64,000 nucleotides of DNA, taken from positions 3,306-67,305 of IMG/VR virus record IMGVR_UViG_3300027863_001680. One strand, given 5' to 3'. The notes under the pieces were generated by a model. The model was given only the letters and a program-made list of their open reading frames with translations. It was not told the DNA's origin and ran no database searches. The stretch is from a virus. Lineage: Duplodnaviria > Caudoviricetes. Shown one piece after another: positions 27,157 through 37,248 of the stretch. Position numbers and translations under genes: made by a program. Each line of letters opens with the position of its first letter. The first letter of the stretch is position 1.

Positions 27157-27600
27157 ATGAAGACGATCAGATCGATGCTTGTGCTTGCCTTGCTGTTTAT
27201 CGCTGTCACCCAGTGCGGTGCGCAGTCTCTGCAGGTTACAACCACTCCGACATCCGCGCAAGTGAAGCGTGGCGCAGTGGTCGCGATGAATGTGAACCTG
27301 AAGAATGTGCTCGCGCCTCGCGATCCCGTCACGATCACGGCGGAAGCTCAGTGGGAAGACGAATACGGCGTGCCCGGAACTACCACGGCAAGTGCGACCA
27401 TCAATGTGGTGCAGCCTATCAAGATCAACACATACAAGGTGGCGATCCCCGCTCTTTTTGATTTTGTGGCTGGCTCTGCGAAGATAGACGGCCAGCCCGC
27501 GACGCCTGTGCTTGAAGCAGACCGGCTTACATTCGCGCTTGAGCGCACGCTGCTTGAGGGCAAGTCGGTGTCGCTCGAATACTCGGTCAAGGCTCAATAG
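27157..27600 (+). CDS. Signal-peptide-bearing Ig/DUF11-like protein
   Basis: MKTIRSMLVLALLFIAVTQCGA signal; FDFVAGSAKIDG and VSLEYSVKA beta-sandwich pattern. Confidence 0.55.
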   Translation: MKTIRSMLVLALLFIAVTQCGAQSLQVTTTPTSAQVKRGAVVAMNVNLKNVLAPRDPVTITAEAQWEDEYGVPGTTTASATINVVQPIKINTYKVAIPALFDFVAGSAKIDGQPATPVLEADRLTFALERTLLEGKSVSLEYSVKAQ

Positions 27601-27601
27601 T

Positions 27602-28120
27602 GTGGAGCTTCTTCGAGAAGTAGTCGAGTCGTTTGTTCGGCTGGTGAAGTCAGAGGTAGACCACGGTGCTGTGCTTGTCGCGGCTGACGATGTGTTTGAA
27701 GTGACAAAGACACCGAGCGTGGTCCTACAGGGTCCGACGCTGGTTGAAGACAGCGCCCGCAGAACACCAGCGAAGCAAGTTCGGAAGGACCAGAGTGGTC
27801 TTTCCTATGAAGAGCGCAGGCATCCGAGGCTGTACCACCTGGAGTTCGACGTCATTGTCACGACAGGCAGGGAAGGCGAGCTGCTCGACCTTACGGAGCG
27901 CATAGCCCGGTTTTACCAGCTTCACCCGGGGCTTGAGGTCGGGGAGCATGGCGCGCTGAACATCACCGAGCTTACACCGCTGGGTGGGCTGAAGCGAGTG
28001 AACCTCTCTAATCTGCGGCAGGTGGCCGGTAAATGCCGGATCGAGGACTGTCCGGTCTATGATGGCCGAGTAGTGAATGGTAAGCTCGCGACCGGACTGA
28101 AACTGGAACTGAGCATGTAA
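27602..28120 (+). CDS. Tail terminator-like protein (putative)
   Basis: GTG at 27602; position just before the sheath. Confidence 0.5.
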   Translation: MELLREVVESFVRLVKSEVDHGAVLVAADDVFEVTKTPSVVLQGPTLVEDSARRTPAKQVRKDQSGLSYEERRHPRLYHLEFDVIVTTGREGELLDLTERIARFYQLHPGLEVGEHGALNITELTPLGGLKRVNLSNLRQVAGKCRIEDCPVYDGRVVNGKLATGLKLELSM

Positions 28121-28131
28121 GGAGTCAATCT

Positions 28132-28416
28132 ATGAAGATCAACATAAAGAACCTGCTCTTTCAGCCGCTTGCGCTTCACCTGGCGACGGACGGCGAAGGA
28201 CTGCATCTCTCATCTCGTGAGTGCAAAGAGATACTTGAGGAACACGTCTCCGAGGAGATTCAACTCGCCGCCGCACGCGGTCTTGTCTCGCTCATCTGTA
28301 AGGTTGGTGGCGGACTTGACCATGTCTTGGGCAGCGAGGCTGATGGATATGTGCCGCGAAACACGGCGACAGTCAGTGAGCCGCAGGTCGGGCAGAAGAA
28401 AGGAAAGGTCAAATGA
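28132..28416 (+). CDS. Small hypothetical virion protein
   Basis: AAGGAG RBS; overlaps the sheath start. Confidence 0.55.
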   Translation: MKINIKNLLFQPLALHLATDGEGLHLSSRECKEILEEHVSEEIQLAAARGLVSLICKVGGGLDHVLGSEADGYVPRNTATVSEPQVGQKKGKVK

Positions 28417-30260
28417 CAGCGTACCTCTCGCCTGGAGTCTATACTCGCGAGACTGACTTCAGCTACTACGTGAAGCAAATATCGACGTCTGCCTGCGGGA
28501 TGGTCGGGATTGCCGAGAAAGGGCCTATCAACAAGGCGGTGCTCGTGACGAGTTGGGAGCAGTTCGTCCGCAGGTTCGGGTCCTATATAGCCGACGGCTA
28601 CCTTGCGTATGCTGCCCGCGCGTTCTTCGATAACGGCGGGCAGGTGCTCTACGTGAACCGCGTGGCTCACTATGAGGATCCGGCTGACCGGGCAAGTCTT
28701 ACAGCAGAGAAGTCTTCCATTGCGCTAAAGAATCGTCGGGCAGTTGCAGCCAGCTTAAATACGGGTACCATCGGTACGGATCGGATTGTCTGGACTGCGA
28801 AAGCCGCAGGCGTGGCGGGCAATGCCATCACAGTTACCCTTCTCAAGTCAGGAAACAACACTCCGCTCTCCGCCGAGGTAGCTGGTCAGGCGATTACTGT
28901 TCATCTGGCAACTAATGCCACCGGCGATGCGACAAGCACAGCATCACAAGTGGTGGCCGCTGTCACGGGGAATGCAAGTGCCTCGGCTTTGGTCCAGGCG
29001 GCATCCACGGACGCCGGCGTGATAGCGCCTTTGGCTACAACGCCTCTCATCGGCGGGATGAATGGGCAGGATGCACTGAATGTCAGCGCGATAAACGAGG
29101 GCAAATGGGGCGATGCGCTGTCCGTACAAATCACTGACGGCACGCAGGACGCAGCGAACGAATTCGACATTATCGTCCGGCTCAAAGGCGAGACTGTAGA
29201 AGTATTCAGGAACCTCTCGATGGACGAGTCGAAGCCGAACCATGTGGAGATCGCCGTTAATGAGGTGTCCGAGTTCATCACAGTCGATGATCTATCCACT
29301 GCGTCGAATGCGGCTCAAGACAGACCTGCTGTTGGGACATTCTCGCTTACTGCCGGCGACGACGGCATCACCGGCCTGACCGATGCTGACTTTACCGGCG
29401 ACTTATCTCAACACACCGGATTTTATGCGTTCGATGAAATCGACGCCTTGAACATCCTGCTTGCGCCGGGTATCACGACCGCACAGGTCATCGCGGGCGG
29501 GATTGCTTACGTGGAAAATCGCAAAGACCTGCTCTTTATCGCCGAACCGCCGATCCACCTTGAGCCGCTTGAAGTCATTGAGTTCCGAAAGGGTCAAGGC
29601 ACCTACACCCATGCCGCGTTCAATTCGTCGTACGCGGCGCTCTACTATCCGTGGCTGGAAATATCGGACCCGCTCACCGGTAAGAGCAAGCTGGTTCCTC
29701 CCACTGGAGCGGTTGCCGGATGTATTGCCAGATCGGACCAGAAGACGGACGTGTGGTATGCTCCTGCCGGTATCGACAGGGGGCGCATCTTTAACGTGCT
29801 GTCCCTTGCCTACAAGACCAGCCGTGGTGAGCGGGATGCGCTCTATTCAGAGGGCATCAATGTCATCGCCAGCTTCCCCGACACCGGCATCAATATCTGG
29901 GGACAGAAAACTCTGCAGACTCAGTCGTCAGCGCTCGACCGAATCAACGTGCGCCGCCTGATGATGTATGTCGAGGAGGCAGTCTCGCAGTCGTCGCGTT
30001 TTGTGGTCTTTGAGCCGAACAACTCGCTGACTTGGCGGGCGCTCGTGCGGCTTATCACCCCGTTCCTTTCGAATATCAAGAGCAAGGGCGGGTTCTACGA
30101 CTTCCGCGTCCAATGTGACGATGAGACCAACACTGCGCAGATGATAGACCAGAACCAGATGGTCTGCCGGGTGTTCGTGAAGCCAACGAAGACCGCCGAG
30201 TTCGTTGAACTCAACTTCGTGCTTACCGCGACCGGCGCGGACTTTAATGAGATTTTCTAG
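28413..30260 (+). CDS. Tail sheath protein
   Basis: YLSPGVY, WYAPAG, WGQKT, INVRRL, KPTKTAEF. Confidence 0.95.
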   Translation: MTAYLSPGVYTRETDFSYYVKQISTSACGMVGIAEKGPINKAVLVTSWEQFVRRFGSYIADGYLAYAARAFFDNGGQVLYVNRVAHYEDPADRASLTAEKSSIALKNRRAVAASLNTGTIGTDRIVWTAKAAGVAGNAITVTLLKSGNNTPLSAEVAGQAITVHLATNATGDATSTASQVVAAVTGNASASALVQAASTDAGVIAPLATTPLIGGMNGQDALNVSAINEGKWGDALSVQITDGTQDAANEFDIIVRLKGETVEVFRNLSMDESKPNHVEIAVNEVSEFITVDDLSTASNAAQDRPAVGTFSLTAGDDGITGLTDADFTGDLSQHTGFYAFDEIDALNILLAPGITTAQVIAGGIAYVENRKDLLFIAEPPIHLEPLEVIEFRKGQGTYTHAAFNSSYAALYYPWLEISDPLTGKSKLVPPTGAVAGCIARSDQKTDVWYAPAGIDRGRIFNVLSLAYKTSRGERDALYSEGINVIASFPDTGINIWGQKTLQTQSSALDRINVRRLMMYVEEAVSQSSRFVVFEPNNSLTWRALVRLITPFLSNIKSKGGFYDFRVQCDDETNTAQMIDQNQMVCRVFVKPTKTAEFVELNFVLTATGADFNEIF

Positions 30261-30271
30261 GAGGTGACCGC

Positions 30272-30730
30272 ATGGAAGTGATGATGCCTCAGAGCCTGTA
30301 TCAGAACTGGCAGTTCGCCATTGAGGTGAACGGATTCGATGTGGCTCTCTTTAAGAAAGGCCAGGAACCAAAGACTGAGTTCGAGGAAGTCGCCTTTGCT
30401 CCGGCCGGATCGATGTTTGATCAGAAGGTGGCCGGGCGGATGAAGTTCGGAGATGTCACCCTTGAAAAAGGCGTGCTCGCTGATGGCTCGGATGAGGCCG
30501 CGCGGGATTGGGTCCGTATCCAGGCGGATGTAAATTACGGCGTCGGTGCGTTGCCGGAGGAGTATATGCGCGACATTGACGTCGTCCGCTATGACCGCGC
30601 GGGCAACGAGACGCGCAGATGGACGCTCGTCGGCGCGTGGGTGAAGTCACTCGAATACGATGATCTCGAAGGCGGAAGCTCTGACAACACCATCGAGAAG
30701 ATCACGATCTGCTACCAGTATTGGGTTTAG
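30272..30730 (+). CDS. Tail tube protein (T4 gp19-like)
   Basis: GRMKFGDVTLEKG, RWTLVGAW; follows the sheath. Confidence 0.92.
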   Translation: MEVMMPQSLYQNWQFAIEVNGFDVALFKKGQEPKTEFEEVAFAPAGSMFDQKVAGRMKFGDVTLEKGVLADGSDEAARDWVRIQADVNYGVGALPEEYMRDIDVVRYDRAGNETRRWTLVGAWVKSLEYDDLEGGSSDNTIEKITICYQYWV

Positions 30731-30739
30731 GAGGCACAC

Positions 30740-31417
30740 ATGTATACATTCGAACTGCCCAGCGGGCCTGAAATAGAGCTTAGAGAAATGACTGGCGCGG
30801 AGGAAGAGCTGCTCACCAACCAGCGGCTGATTCGAAACGGCGATGCTGTCAACCGGGTGCTCGCAAACTGCATCCTGCGGCTGGGCGAGAATGTTGAGCC
30901 GAGTGTAAGTGATGTGCTTAACATGCTTTCCGGCGACCGATTGTTTACGCTTGTGCGACTGCGGCAGGTCTCCCTTGGCGACGAAGTGAAACTCGATCCG
31001 GTCTGTCCGAATCAGGCTTGCCGGACAAAGAACCACATTGTCGTGAACCTAGCCGACCTGCCAGTCACGCCTTATGGCGAAGAACGTGAGTTCACATTTG
31101 TGCTGCCCGGCTCCGGCAGAAAGGTCAAGTTCGTTCACCTCGACGGCAATAAGGAGAAGCGCCTGGCTCAGATGCAGGAGCCAAACATCTCCTCTGCGAT
31201 GCTCATTCGCATTCTGGAGATAGACGGCTCGGCTCCGAGCAAGAAGGCACTTTCTGAGATGTCTATGCGGGACCGGACTGCACTGCGCTCTGAGATGCTT
31301 CGCGTCGACGCAGGAATAGACACCAATATCGAATGCGAGTGTGAGTCCTGCGGCGCGCGCATCCGCACAAAACTGGAGGCTGAACCCTCTTTTTTATTCC
31401 CCGGAGTTCGCTCCTGA
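30740..31417 (+). CDS. Tail assembly chaperone
   Basis: Between tube and tape measure; LREMTG.EEE; CxxC motifs. Confidence 0.75.
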   Translation: MYTFELPSGPEIELREMTGAEEELLTNQRLIRNGDAVNRVLANCILRLGENVEPSVSDVLNMLSGDRLFTLVRLRQVSLGDEVKLDPVCPNQACRTKNHIVVNLADLPVTPYGEEREFTFVLPGSGRKVKFVHLDGNKEKRLAQMQEPNISSAMLIRILEIDGSAPSKKALSEMSMRDRTALRSEMLRVDAGIDTNIECECESCGARIRTKLEAEPSFLFPGVRS

Positions 31418-31566
31418 AGGACGTTTTCTTTCTCGCCTACGGTGGGCTTCACTGGGAGTATGCTGAGGTTGCAAGGCTGCCAATAAGGACGCGGCATGAT
31501 TTTGTCGATGCACTTGAACGGCAGCTTGATTTCGAGCGGCAGGAACTGGACAGGCACAGGCGATGA
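31390..31566 (+). other. Programmed -1 frameshift site T_TTT_TTA (31390-31396) and gpGT-like extension frame to 31566
   Basis: In-frame X_XXY_YYZ heptamer; the -1 frame is open for 58 codons (FFLAYGGLHWEYAEV...) up to the tape-measure start. Confidence 0.8.
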
Positions 31567-34500
31567 ATGACCTCGGCCTCGGCATAATAGTTTCCCTCAA
31601 GGACGCGTTCACTCAAAACGCATCTCGCATCCAGTCATCGATGCAAACTCTGGATGCGTCGGTCGAAGCTGCTGGCGCGAATATGACCCGCAACCTCGGT
31701 CTTATCGAGAAGGGCACGATGATGATCGGCGCGGGTTTGGCGCTGCTCGCAATCCCGACGGGCCTTATAGCATCGACTGCCGCAACACAGCAAGCCCTGG
31801 GTGAGCTTGCATCGGTCGGAGTCAAGGACTTTCGGGCGATGGAAGACGCCGCTGAGTCGTTCACGAACCAGTGGGCCGGAACCAATAAGGCTGAGTTCAT
31901 CACAGCGGCCTATGATGTGAAGTCGGCACTAGCAAGCCTTTCGGACCAGGCGGTCGGCACGTTCGCGGCAATGGCTGCTCTTACAGGCAAGGCAACCAAA
32001 GCAACGACCCAGGAAATGGTCGAGACCTTCACCACGGCCTACGGCATATTCAAGCCGCTCGCAAAGGACATGTCCGATGTCGAGTGGGCGAAAATGTTCT
32101 CTGGCGCGCTCTCCCAGACGGTAGGCGTTTTCAAAACGACAGGTCCGGCGATGGCGGAGGCCATAAAGAACATCGGCGCGATTGCGGCTGCATCCAACGT
32201 GCCACTGCAGGAACAGATGGCGATTCTCGGCCAGCTTCAGACGACTATGCCCGGCTCCGAGGCAGGCACGCTTTACAAGGCATTCATGATGAAAGTAGCC
32301 GAGGCCGGTGACGAACTCGGGTTGTCGTTTGTAGATGCGAGCGGTAGACTCAAAGGCATTCTTCCTATCCTCCAGGAAGTAAAGCGCGGATTCCCGGATC
32401 TCTCCCAGGCCGCCGCACAAGTGAAGCTCAAAAAGGCATTCGGCTCGGACGAGGCAGTGCGATTCCTGCTGCAAATGTCCATGGGGATGGATCAGCTAGA
32501 AGGTAATATCAAGAGCGTTGAGCAGGCCATGAAGTCCGGCACCGTGACTACCGAGCAAATGGCAAAAGCTATGAACCAGGACATAGGCTCGCAATATGGC
32601 CTTGTGAAGCAGCAGCTTGCCAATCTATTCGAGATTCTCGGTCGAACGATGCTGCCTGTGGTGATTCCTCTCTTCCAGATGTTCTCCCGCTTCATTCTGC
32701 ATCTTCAAAGTGCGGCGAAGAGTATGCCTGGTCTGACTCGTGTCGTCCTGACTCTGTGCGCCGCATTGGGTGCCGTGCTGGTCGTCGTCGGCGCGGTAGT
32801 CTCCGCGATAGGCACGATTGGAATTATCTTGCCTGCCGTTAAGGTTGGGATTGCGGCCATGGGCCCAATGCTTGCCGGAGTCGGATCGGCAGTCTCTGCT
32901 TACTTCTGGCCGGTGATCGCAGTGATCGCCGCATTCGTAGTCGCGATAGTGCTTCTGAAGCGCGCCTGGGAGACCAACTTTGCGGGGATACGGGATGTGG
33001 TGATGGGAGCGTGGAACAAGGTCTCGCTCGCGTTTCAAGGCATTCGCGCTCTTATCGGTTCGCTCTTAGGCGGCACGGGACAGATGTCGGCCGAGCTTGC
33101 TCAGAAGCTGCAGGCTGCGGGCTTGTTGAAGTTCGTCGCTACCGTGTTCCAGGTCTACTACCGGGTGCGACAGTTTCTGTCAGGGCTGTGGCAGGCGTTC
33201 TCTTCAGTGTTCGGCAAGATACGAGCGATCCTTGAACCTGCGGTGCGCGCGCTGATGGGAGCGTTCGGCGAGTTGGGTAAGGCGCTCGGCTCGGTGTTCG
33301 CGGCTTTCGGGCTGGCAACTACCGCCGTGGACGCATCCTCGTTCAAGAGCTTCGGTCAGACTCTAGGCGCAATCCTCGGCATCATCGCGCAAGTGGCGGC
33401 CTACATCATCAAATTCATCGTCTATCCGCTCTCCTGGGTGATACGCATTGTGGCTGTGGTCGTACAGGCAGTGGTGTGGTTCGGGAAAACCATAGTCACG
33501 GCGCTAGTTGCCGTCGCTCCGTATGTCTATCGCTTCTTGCTTCCGTTGCGAATGATCGTCCAAGCGCTGCTTACCATGGGTCGCGTCGTATACGCGGTCT
33601 GGCGGATGATCACCGGCGACATCTCTGTGGTAGACGGACTGAAGACGATGGGCAATTCGATATTTGATTTTCTGGCGACTCCATTCCTCTGGGTAAGGGA
33701 TGTGGCGTCGGCGACCTGGGGATTCCTGCAGGGCGTGTTCTCCGGCATTGGTGGCTTCTTCAGGTCGGCTGCAGATGTCCTGCTTACATCATTCTTGAAC
33801 TTGCCCGTGGTGAACACCATCACTCGCGTCTTCGGCACAATCCGCTCGCTCATTGCTGGGCAGATAGATTTCACCGAGGCAGGCAAGCGGATACTCATCA
33901 CGCTCGGTCAGGGAATATGGTCGGCGGTAACATATCCATTCGATATGCTGAAGCGGGCGCTGGGTTGGCTTCGAAGACTTCTTCCGTTTTCGGACGCCCG
34001 GGAAGGTCCACTCTCAAGTCTTGCGGCTTCTGGCGCTGCGATCCTGCGAACACTCGCCCAGGGCATGTTCTCGGTGATCTCGCTTCCCGGTCAGGTCTTG
34101 AGCGCGGTGTTCAGAAGCATGCTAAGTGCCGCGAGCTGGGTCTGGGGCGAGATGCGGGGACTTGGAGTTGGTCTAGTTTCCACTGTCTCCGGCGCATTCT
34201 CGCAGATAGGAAACTTCGCCGGATCCGTTTGGTCCCGTGTTCGCGGATCGGCGGCATCTGCGTGGTCAAGCATGACCTCGATGGCATCCAATGCTGCGGG
34301 CTGGCTGCGAGCGCCATTTGCTGCCCTTGCAAGTGGAGCATCGTCTGCCTGGTCGGTCGTTCGGGGAGCAGCATCAAACGCATTCTCATACATTCTCTCA
34401 AGCTCATCCAACCTGGTGTCGGCTGCATTTCAGAGTGGTCGATCAGTGATGACTACTATTGCGAGTGGTATCCGCTCGGCCGTAGCTGCTCCTTACGAGG

Positions 34501-35039
34501 CGGCAAGATCGGCGCTGTCGCGGCTCAGAAGGCTGTTGCCGTTTTCGGATGCACAGGAAGGGCCACTCTCAACTCTCACTCGAAGCGGCGCAGCGATGCT
34601 GGAGGCATTCAGCACCGGTATCACTCGTGCCTCAGAACTTCCAGCGCGTGCGCTTCATCGCAGCTTGGGGACAGCTCGAAGTCTTATGAACGTCGGCATA
34701 CCCACAAGCGCACTTGCGGCGACTCTGGCTTTGACGCCAGTGATGGCAGGTGCCGTGCCTGGTATTGCCCCTGTGGAAACGGTTGGTCAAACTGTTGAGA
34801 GATCACGGCTGCTGGCTGTTACGCGCGGCACGCTTGCGTCTGGACCCAGTACAGGCGCTCCTGATCAAAGGCCGGACGAATTACGCTCTATTCTGGAGGC
34901 GATCCTTGCAAAGCTGGACGGCCTTGCCGAGCGGCCAATGGAAGTAACCGTCGTGACAAAGCTGGACGGTCGGCAGATCGCCAAGGCGGTCTACAAAGAC
35001 ATGCGAGAACAGAAGGTCAAGAACTATGAGACGTCCTGA
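31563..35039 (+). CDS. Tape measure protein (TP901-like)
   Basis: 1158 aa, Ala/Gly-rich with periodic aromatic residues; GSEAGT core; DGRQIA C-terminus. Confidence 0.93.
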   Translation: MNDLGLGIIVSLKDAFTQNASRIQSSMQTLDASVEAAGANMTRNLGLIEKGTMMIGAGLALLAIPTGLIASTAATQQALGELASVGVKDFRAMEDAAESFTNQWAGTNKAEFITAAYDVKSALASLSDQAVGTFAAMAALTGKATKATTQEMVETFTTAYGIFKPLAKDMSDVEWAKMFSGALSQTVGVFKTTGPAMAEAIKNIGAIAAASNVPLQEQMAILGQLQTTMPGSEAGTLYKAFMMKVAEAGDELGLSFVDASGRLKGILPILQEVKRGFPDLSQAAAQVKLKKAFGSDEAVRFLLQMSMGMDQLEGNIKSVEQAMKSGTVTTEQMAKAMNQDIGSQYGLVKQQLANLFEILGRTMLPVVIPLFQMFSRFILHLQSAAKSMPGLTRVVLTLCAALGAVLVVVGAVVSAIGTIGIILPAVKVGIAAMGPMLAGVGSAVSAYFWPVIAVIAAFVVAIVLLKRAWETNFAGIRDVVMGAWNKVSLAFQGIRALIGSLLGGTGQMSAELAQKLQAAGLLKFVATVFQVYYRVRQFLSGLWQAFSSVFGKIRAILEPAVRALMGAFGELGKALGSVFAAFGLATTAVDASSFKSFGQTLGAILGIIAQVAAYIIKFIVYPLSWVIRIVAVVVQAVVWFGKTIVTALVAVAPYVYRFLLPLRMIVQALLTMGRVVYAVWRMITGDISVVDGLKTMGNSIFDFLATPFLWVRDVASATWGFLQGVFSGIGGFFRSAADVLLTSFLNLPVVNTITRVFGTIRSLIAGQIDFTEAGKRILITLGQGIWSAVTYPFDMLKRALGWLRRLLPFSDAREGPLSSLAASGAAILRTLAQGMFSVISLPGQVLSAVFRSMLSAASWVWGEMRGLGVGLVSTVSGAFSQIGNFAGSVWSRVRGSAASAWSSMTSMASNAAGWLRAPFAALASGASSAWSVVRGAASNAFSYILSSSSNLVSAAFQSGRSVMTTIASGIRSAVAAPYEAARSALSRLRRLLPFSDAQEGPLSTLTRSGAAMLEAFSTGITRASELPARALHRSLGTARSLMNVGIPTSALAATLALTPVMAGAVPGIAPVETVGQTVERSRLLAVTRGTLASGPSTGAPDQRPDELRSILEAILAKLDGLAERPMEVTVVTKLDGRQIAKAVYKDMREQKVKNYETS

Positions 35040-35054
35040 CGCCGTGGTCGAGAT

Positions 35055-35540
35055 ATGGGAGGTGCTGCTTTGCGCCAGGATCTGAAGAAGACAATCGGAT
35101 ACCTTTTCGACGTCGTGACCCGCGAGTCGCTCGAGTTCCAGTACAACCCGGACGAGATCACTGATGAGAAGAGCACCGACTTCGCGACGATAAAGATACC
35201 AGGCATGAGCCACCCGAGGTATCAATATGTCGCTGGTGAGGCGAGGAAGATCGCGTTCAAAATAGTGTTCTTCAAAGGACCTGTGAAGCAGAAAGTGGCC
35301 TGGCTGCAGTCGCTTCTATATCCGCAACATGAGAAGACAATGCTGAAGAACGCTCCGCACAAGGTGCTGTTTTTCCTCGGCGATCTCTATCCCGGAGTTC
35401 TCTGTATTGTCCGGCAAGTGCGGACCCGCTATTTCAATATGTTCGATTCCGACAACCTTCTGCCGCAGCATGCCGAGGTCGACCTGACGCTTGAGGAGAT
35501 TGTGGCGAAGTCGGTTGACTACACAGAGGTGAGGCGATGA
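35055..35540 (+). CDS. Tail tube initiator (P2 gpU / CIS tube-like)
   Basis: FQYNPDEI, IPG...YQY; follows the tape measure. Confidence 0.75.
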   Translation: MGGAALRQDLKKTIGYLFDVVTRESLEFQYNPDEITDEKSTDFATIKIPGMSHPRYQYVAGEARKIAFKIVFFKGPVKQKVAWLQSLLYPQHEKTMLKNAPHKVLFFLGDLYPGVLCIVRQVRTRYFNMFDSDNLLPQHAEVDLTLEEIVAKSVDYTEVRR

Positions 35541-35827
35541 TAGGGCCGGATTCCAGGTACACAATATGCGTGCTATACATTGACGGCAAAGAGGAATTCC
35601 TGGGCACGCGACCGTCGATAGACACTACGCCGCAGCCGGATGATACCTTCCATACGGTGGTCGACGGCGACCGCATCGATCTCATTTCCTACCGCTACCT
35701 CGGCAGCGCCGGGCTGTGGTGGGTCATCTGTGACTATAACGACATCTTCTTTCCTCTGGAGATTGAGCTTGGTGTGACGTTGCGCATACCATCAGTTGAG
35801 CACGTGCAGATGCATCTGTTGGGATAA
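35537..35827 (+). CDS. LysM-like tail protein X
   Basis: HTVVDGDRIDLISYRYLG...WWVICDYN...G.TLRIP. Confidence 0.85.
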   Translation: MIGPDSRYTICVLYIDGKEEFLGTRPSIDTTPQPDDTFHTVVDGDRIDLISYRYLGSAGLWWVICDYNDIFFPLEIELGVTLRIPSVEHVQMHLLG

Positions 35828-35831
35828 TCAA

Positions 35832-35864
35832 TTTCACCACTTCACATGCGGTTCCGGTAAATAT
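35832..35864 (+). promoter_or_regulatory. Putative late promoter, copy 3 (TTTCACCACT-N11-TCCGGTAAATAT)
   Basis: Conserved 33-bp motif upstream of the baseplate hub. Confidence 0.65.
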
Positions 35865-35906
35865 AGGGTTGGTCGAGCTTGTTGCGGCCACACCGGAGCG
35901 CGCAAG

Positions 35907-37232
35907 ATGGAACTGGACGTATACCAGCCAGTATTCGTGATAGAGATTGAGGGCAAGAAGCTCTCTAAAGACATCACACACGAGATTACCTCGTTTGTCT
36001 TCGATGACAATGAAGAGGAACTCGACGTGATGGAACTCACTATCACAGACAGGTATCTCCAGTTCGTGGACGATCCTCTCTTTCAGGAAGGCAACGAGAT
36101 CGTCGCCCGCTTCGGCTATGTCGACAACCTCTCAGCCAAGAAGGTCGCTGTCATCAAAGAGATCGATTACGACTTCCCGGATGGCGGCGACCCAACCATA
36201 CAGCTAAAGGCTTATGACAAAGGCCATAAGCTCACCGGCAAGCAGATACAGCGTGTCTGGCAAAAGCCTGCCCCTGGCATCCTCTACTCGGAGATTGCTG
36301 AGCAGATTGCAAAAGAGCACGGGCTTACGCCGGTGGTTACGAAGACCGTGGGCCGACATCTTCGGGTGGCGCAGGGAAATAAGTCGGACGCGCAGTTTCT
36401 GAAAGAACTCGCTGGCAAGTCTCGCGACAGAGATGGAAAAGGAGTGACTGGCTATGTGTTCTATATTCAGGACGATGAACTGCACTTTCACCCCCGCGCT
36501 CTTCATGCGAGGCCCGCCCTGATCCTTGAGTATTTCACTGACCGCGAGGGTGTGCTGCGTTCGTTCAAGCCGTCCACCCAGTCACAATCGGTGAAAGGCG
36601 CGGGGACCGAAACCAAGGCAACCGGCGTCGACCCCAGGCGCAAAGCACATGTCGAGCATAAGGCAAACAATGCCACGACGCCAGATCGGACGTCTCTCGG
36701 CAAGAAGACATATCTCATCGACGGCAGCTCAGGCGAAGGCAAGTTCAGGAAGCAGGAATCTGGCAAGATTGTCCAGAGCTTTGATCGCTCTGAGGGTTTC
36801 CATGAGAAACCGCATCAAGAGCCAGTTCAGGACAAGGCAGAGAGTCACTTCAAGAACGCCGAGATGAAGCAGGTTGAAGCGACGGCCACGACAATCGGAA
36901 TCCCGACTCTTGTGGCCAAGCAGAATTTGGAGGTTCGCGGTGTCGGGACTAAGTTTTCAGGCGCTTACTACTGTACTTCCGTCCGACATATCTTTCAGGA
37001 AGGCTATTCGTGCGAACTCAAGCTCAAGAAGAATGCACTCGGCAAGGGCGCGGGAGGCAAGGCTGCCGAGGTCAAAGGGAAGCAGAACAAACAGGAAGCT
37101 CCGCGACACCCGAAGCGACAGTTAGCTAGTTCGGTGAAACGACCAGCAGTTGCAAAGCAATCGCGACCAGTGAAGCCTAAGCCGAAGATGGTCAAGATCG
37201 ACGCCAATACAGGCCGGATCATAAGCAACTAA
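35907..37232 (+). CDS. Baseplate hub (late control gpD-like)
   Basis: ATG at 35907; QGNKSDAQFL..LA, G.G.KFSG.YY...V.H. Confidence 0.85.
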   Translation: MELDVYQPVFVIEIEGKKLSKDITHEITSFVFDDNEEELDVMELTITDRYLQFVDDPLFQEGNEIVARFGYVDNLSAKKVAVIKEIDYDFPDGGDPTIQLKAYDKGHKLTGKQIQRVWQKPAPGILYSEIAEQIAKEHGLTPVVTKTVGRHLRVAQGNKSDAQFLKELAGKSRDRDGKGVTGYVFYIQDDELHFHPRALHARPALILEYFTDREGVLRSFKPSTQSQSVKGAGTETKATGVDPRRKAHVEHKANNATTPDRTSLGKKTYLIDGSSGEGKFRKQESGKIVQSFDRSEGFHEKPHQEPVQDKAESHFKNAEMKQVEATATTIGIPTLVAKQNLEVRGVGTKFSGAYYCTSVRHIFQEGYSCELKLKKNALGKGAGGKAAEVKGKQNKQEAPRHPKRQLASSVKRPAVAKQSRPVKPKPKMVKIDANTGRIISN

Positions 37233-37248
37233 CGAGGAGGCAACATAA

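Noticed and set aside
28026-28035. CCGGTAAATG as a fourth late-promoter copy
   Set aside because: Inside a CDS and lacks the upstream TTTCACCACT half
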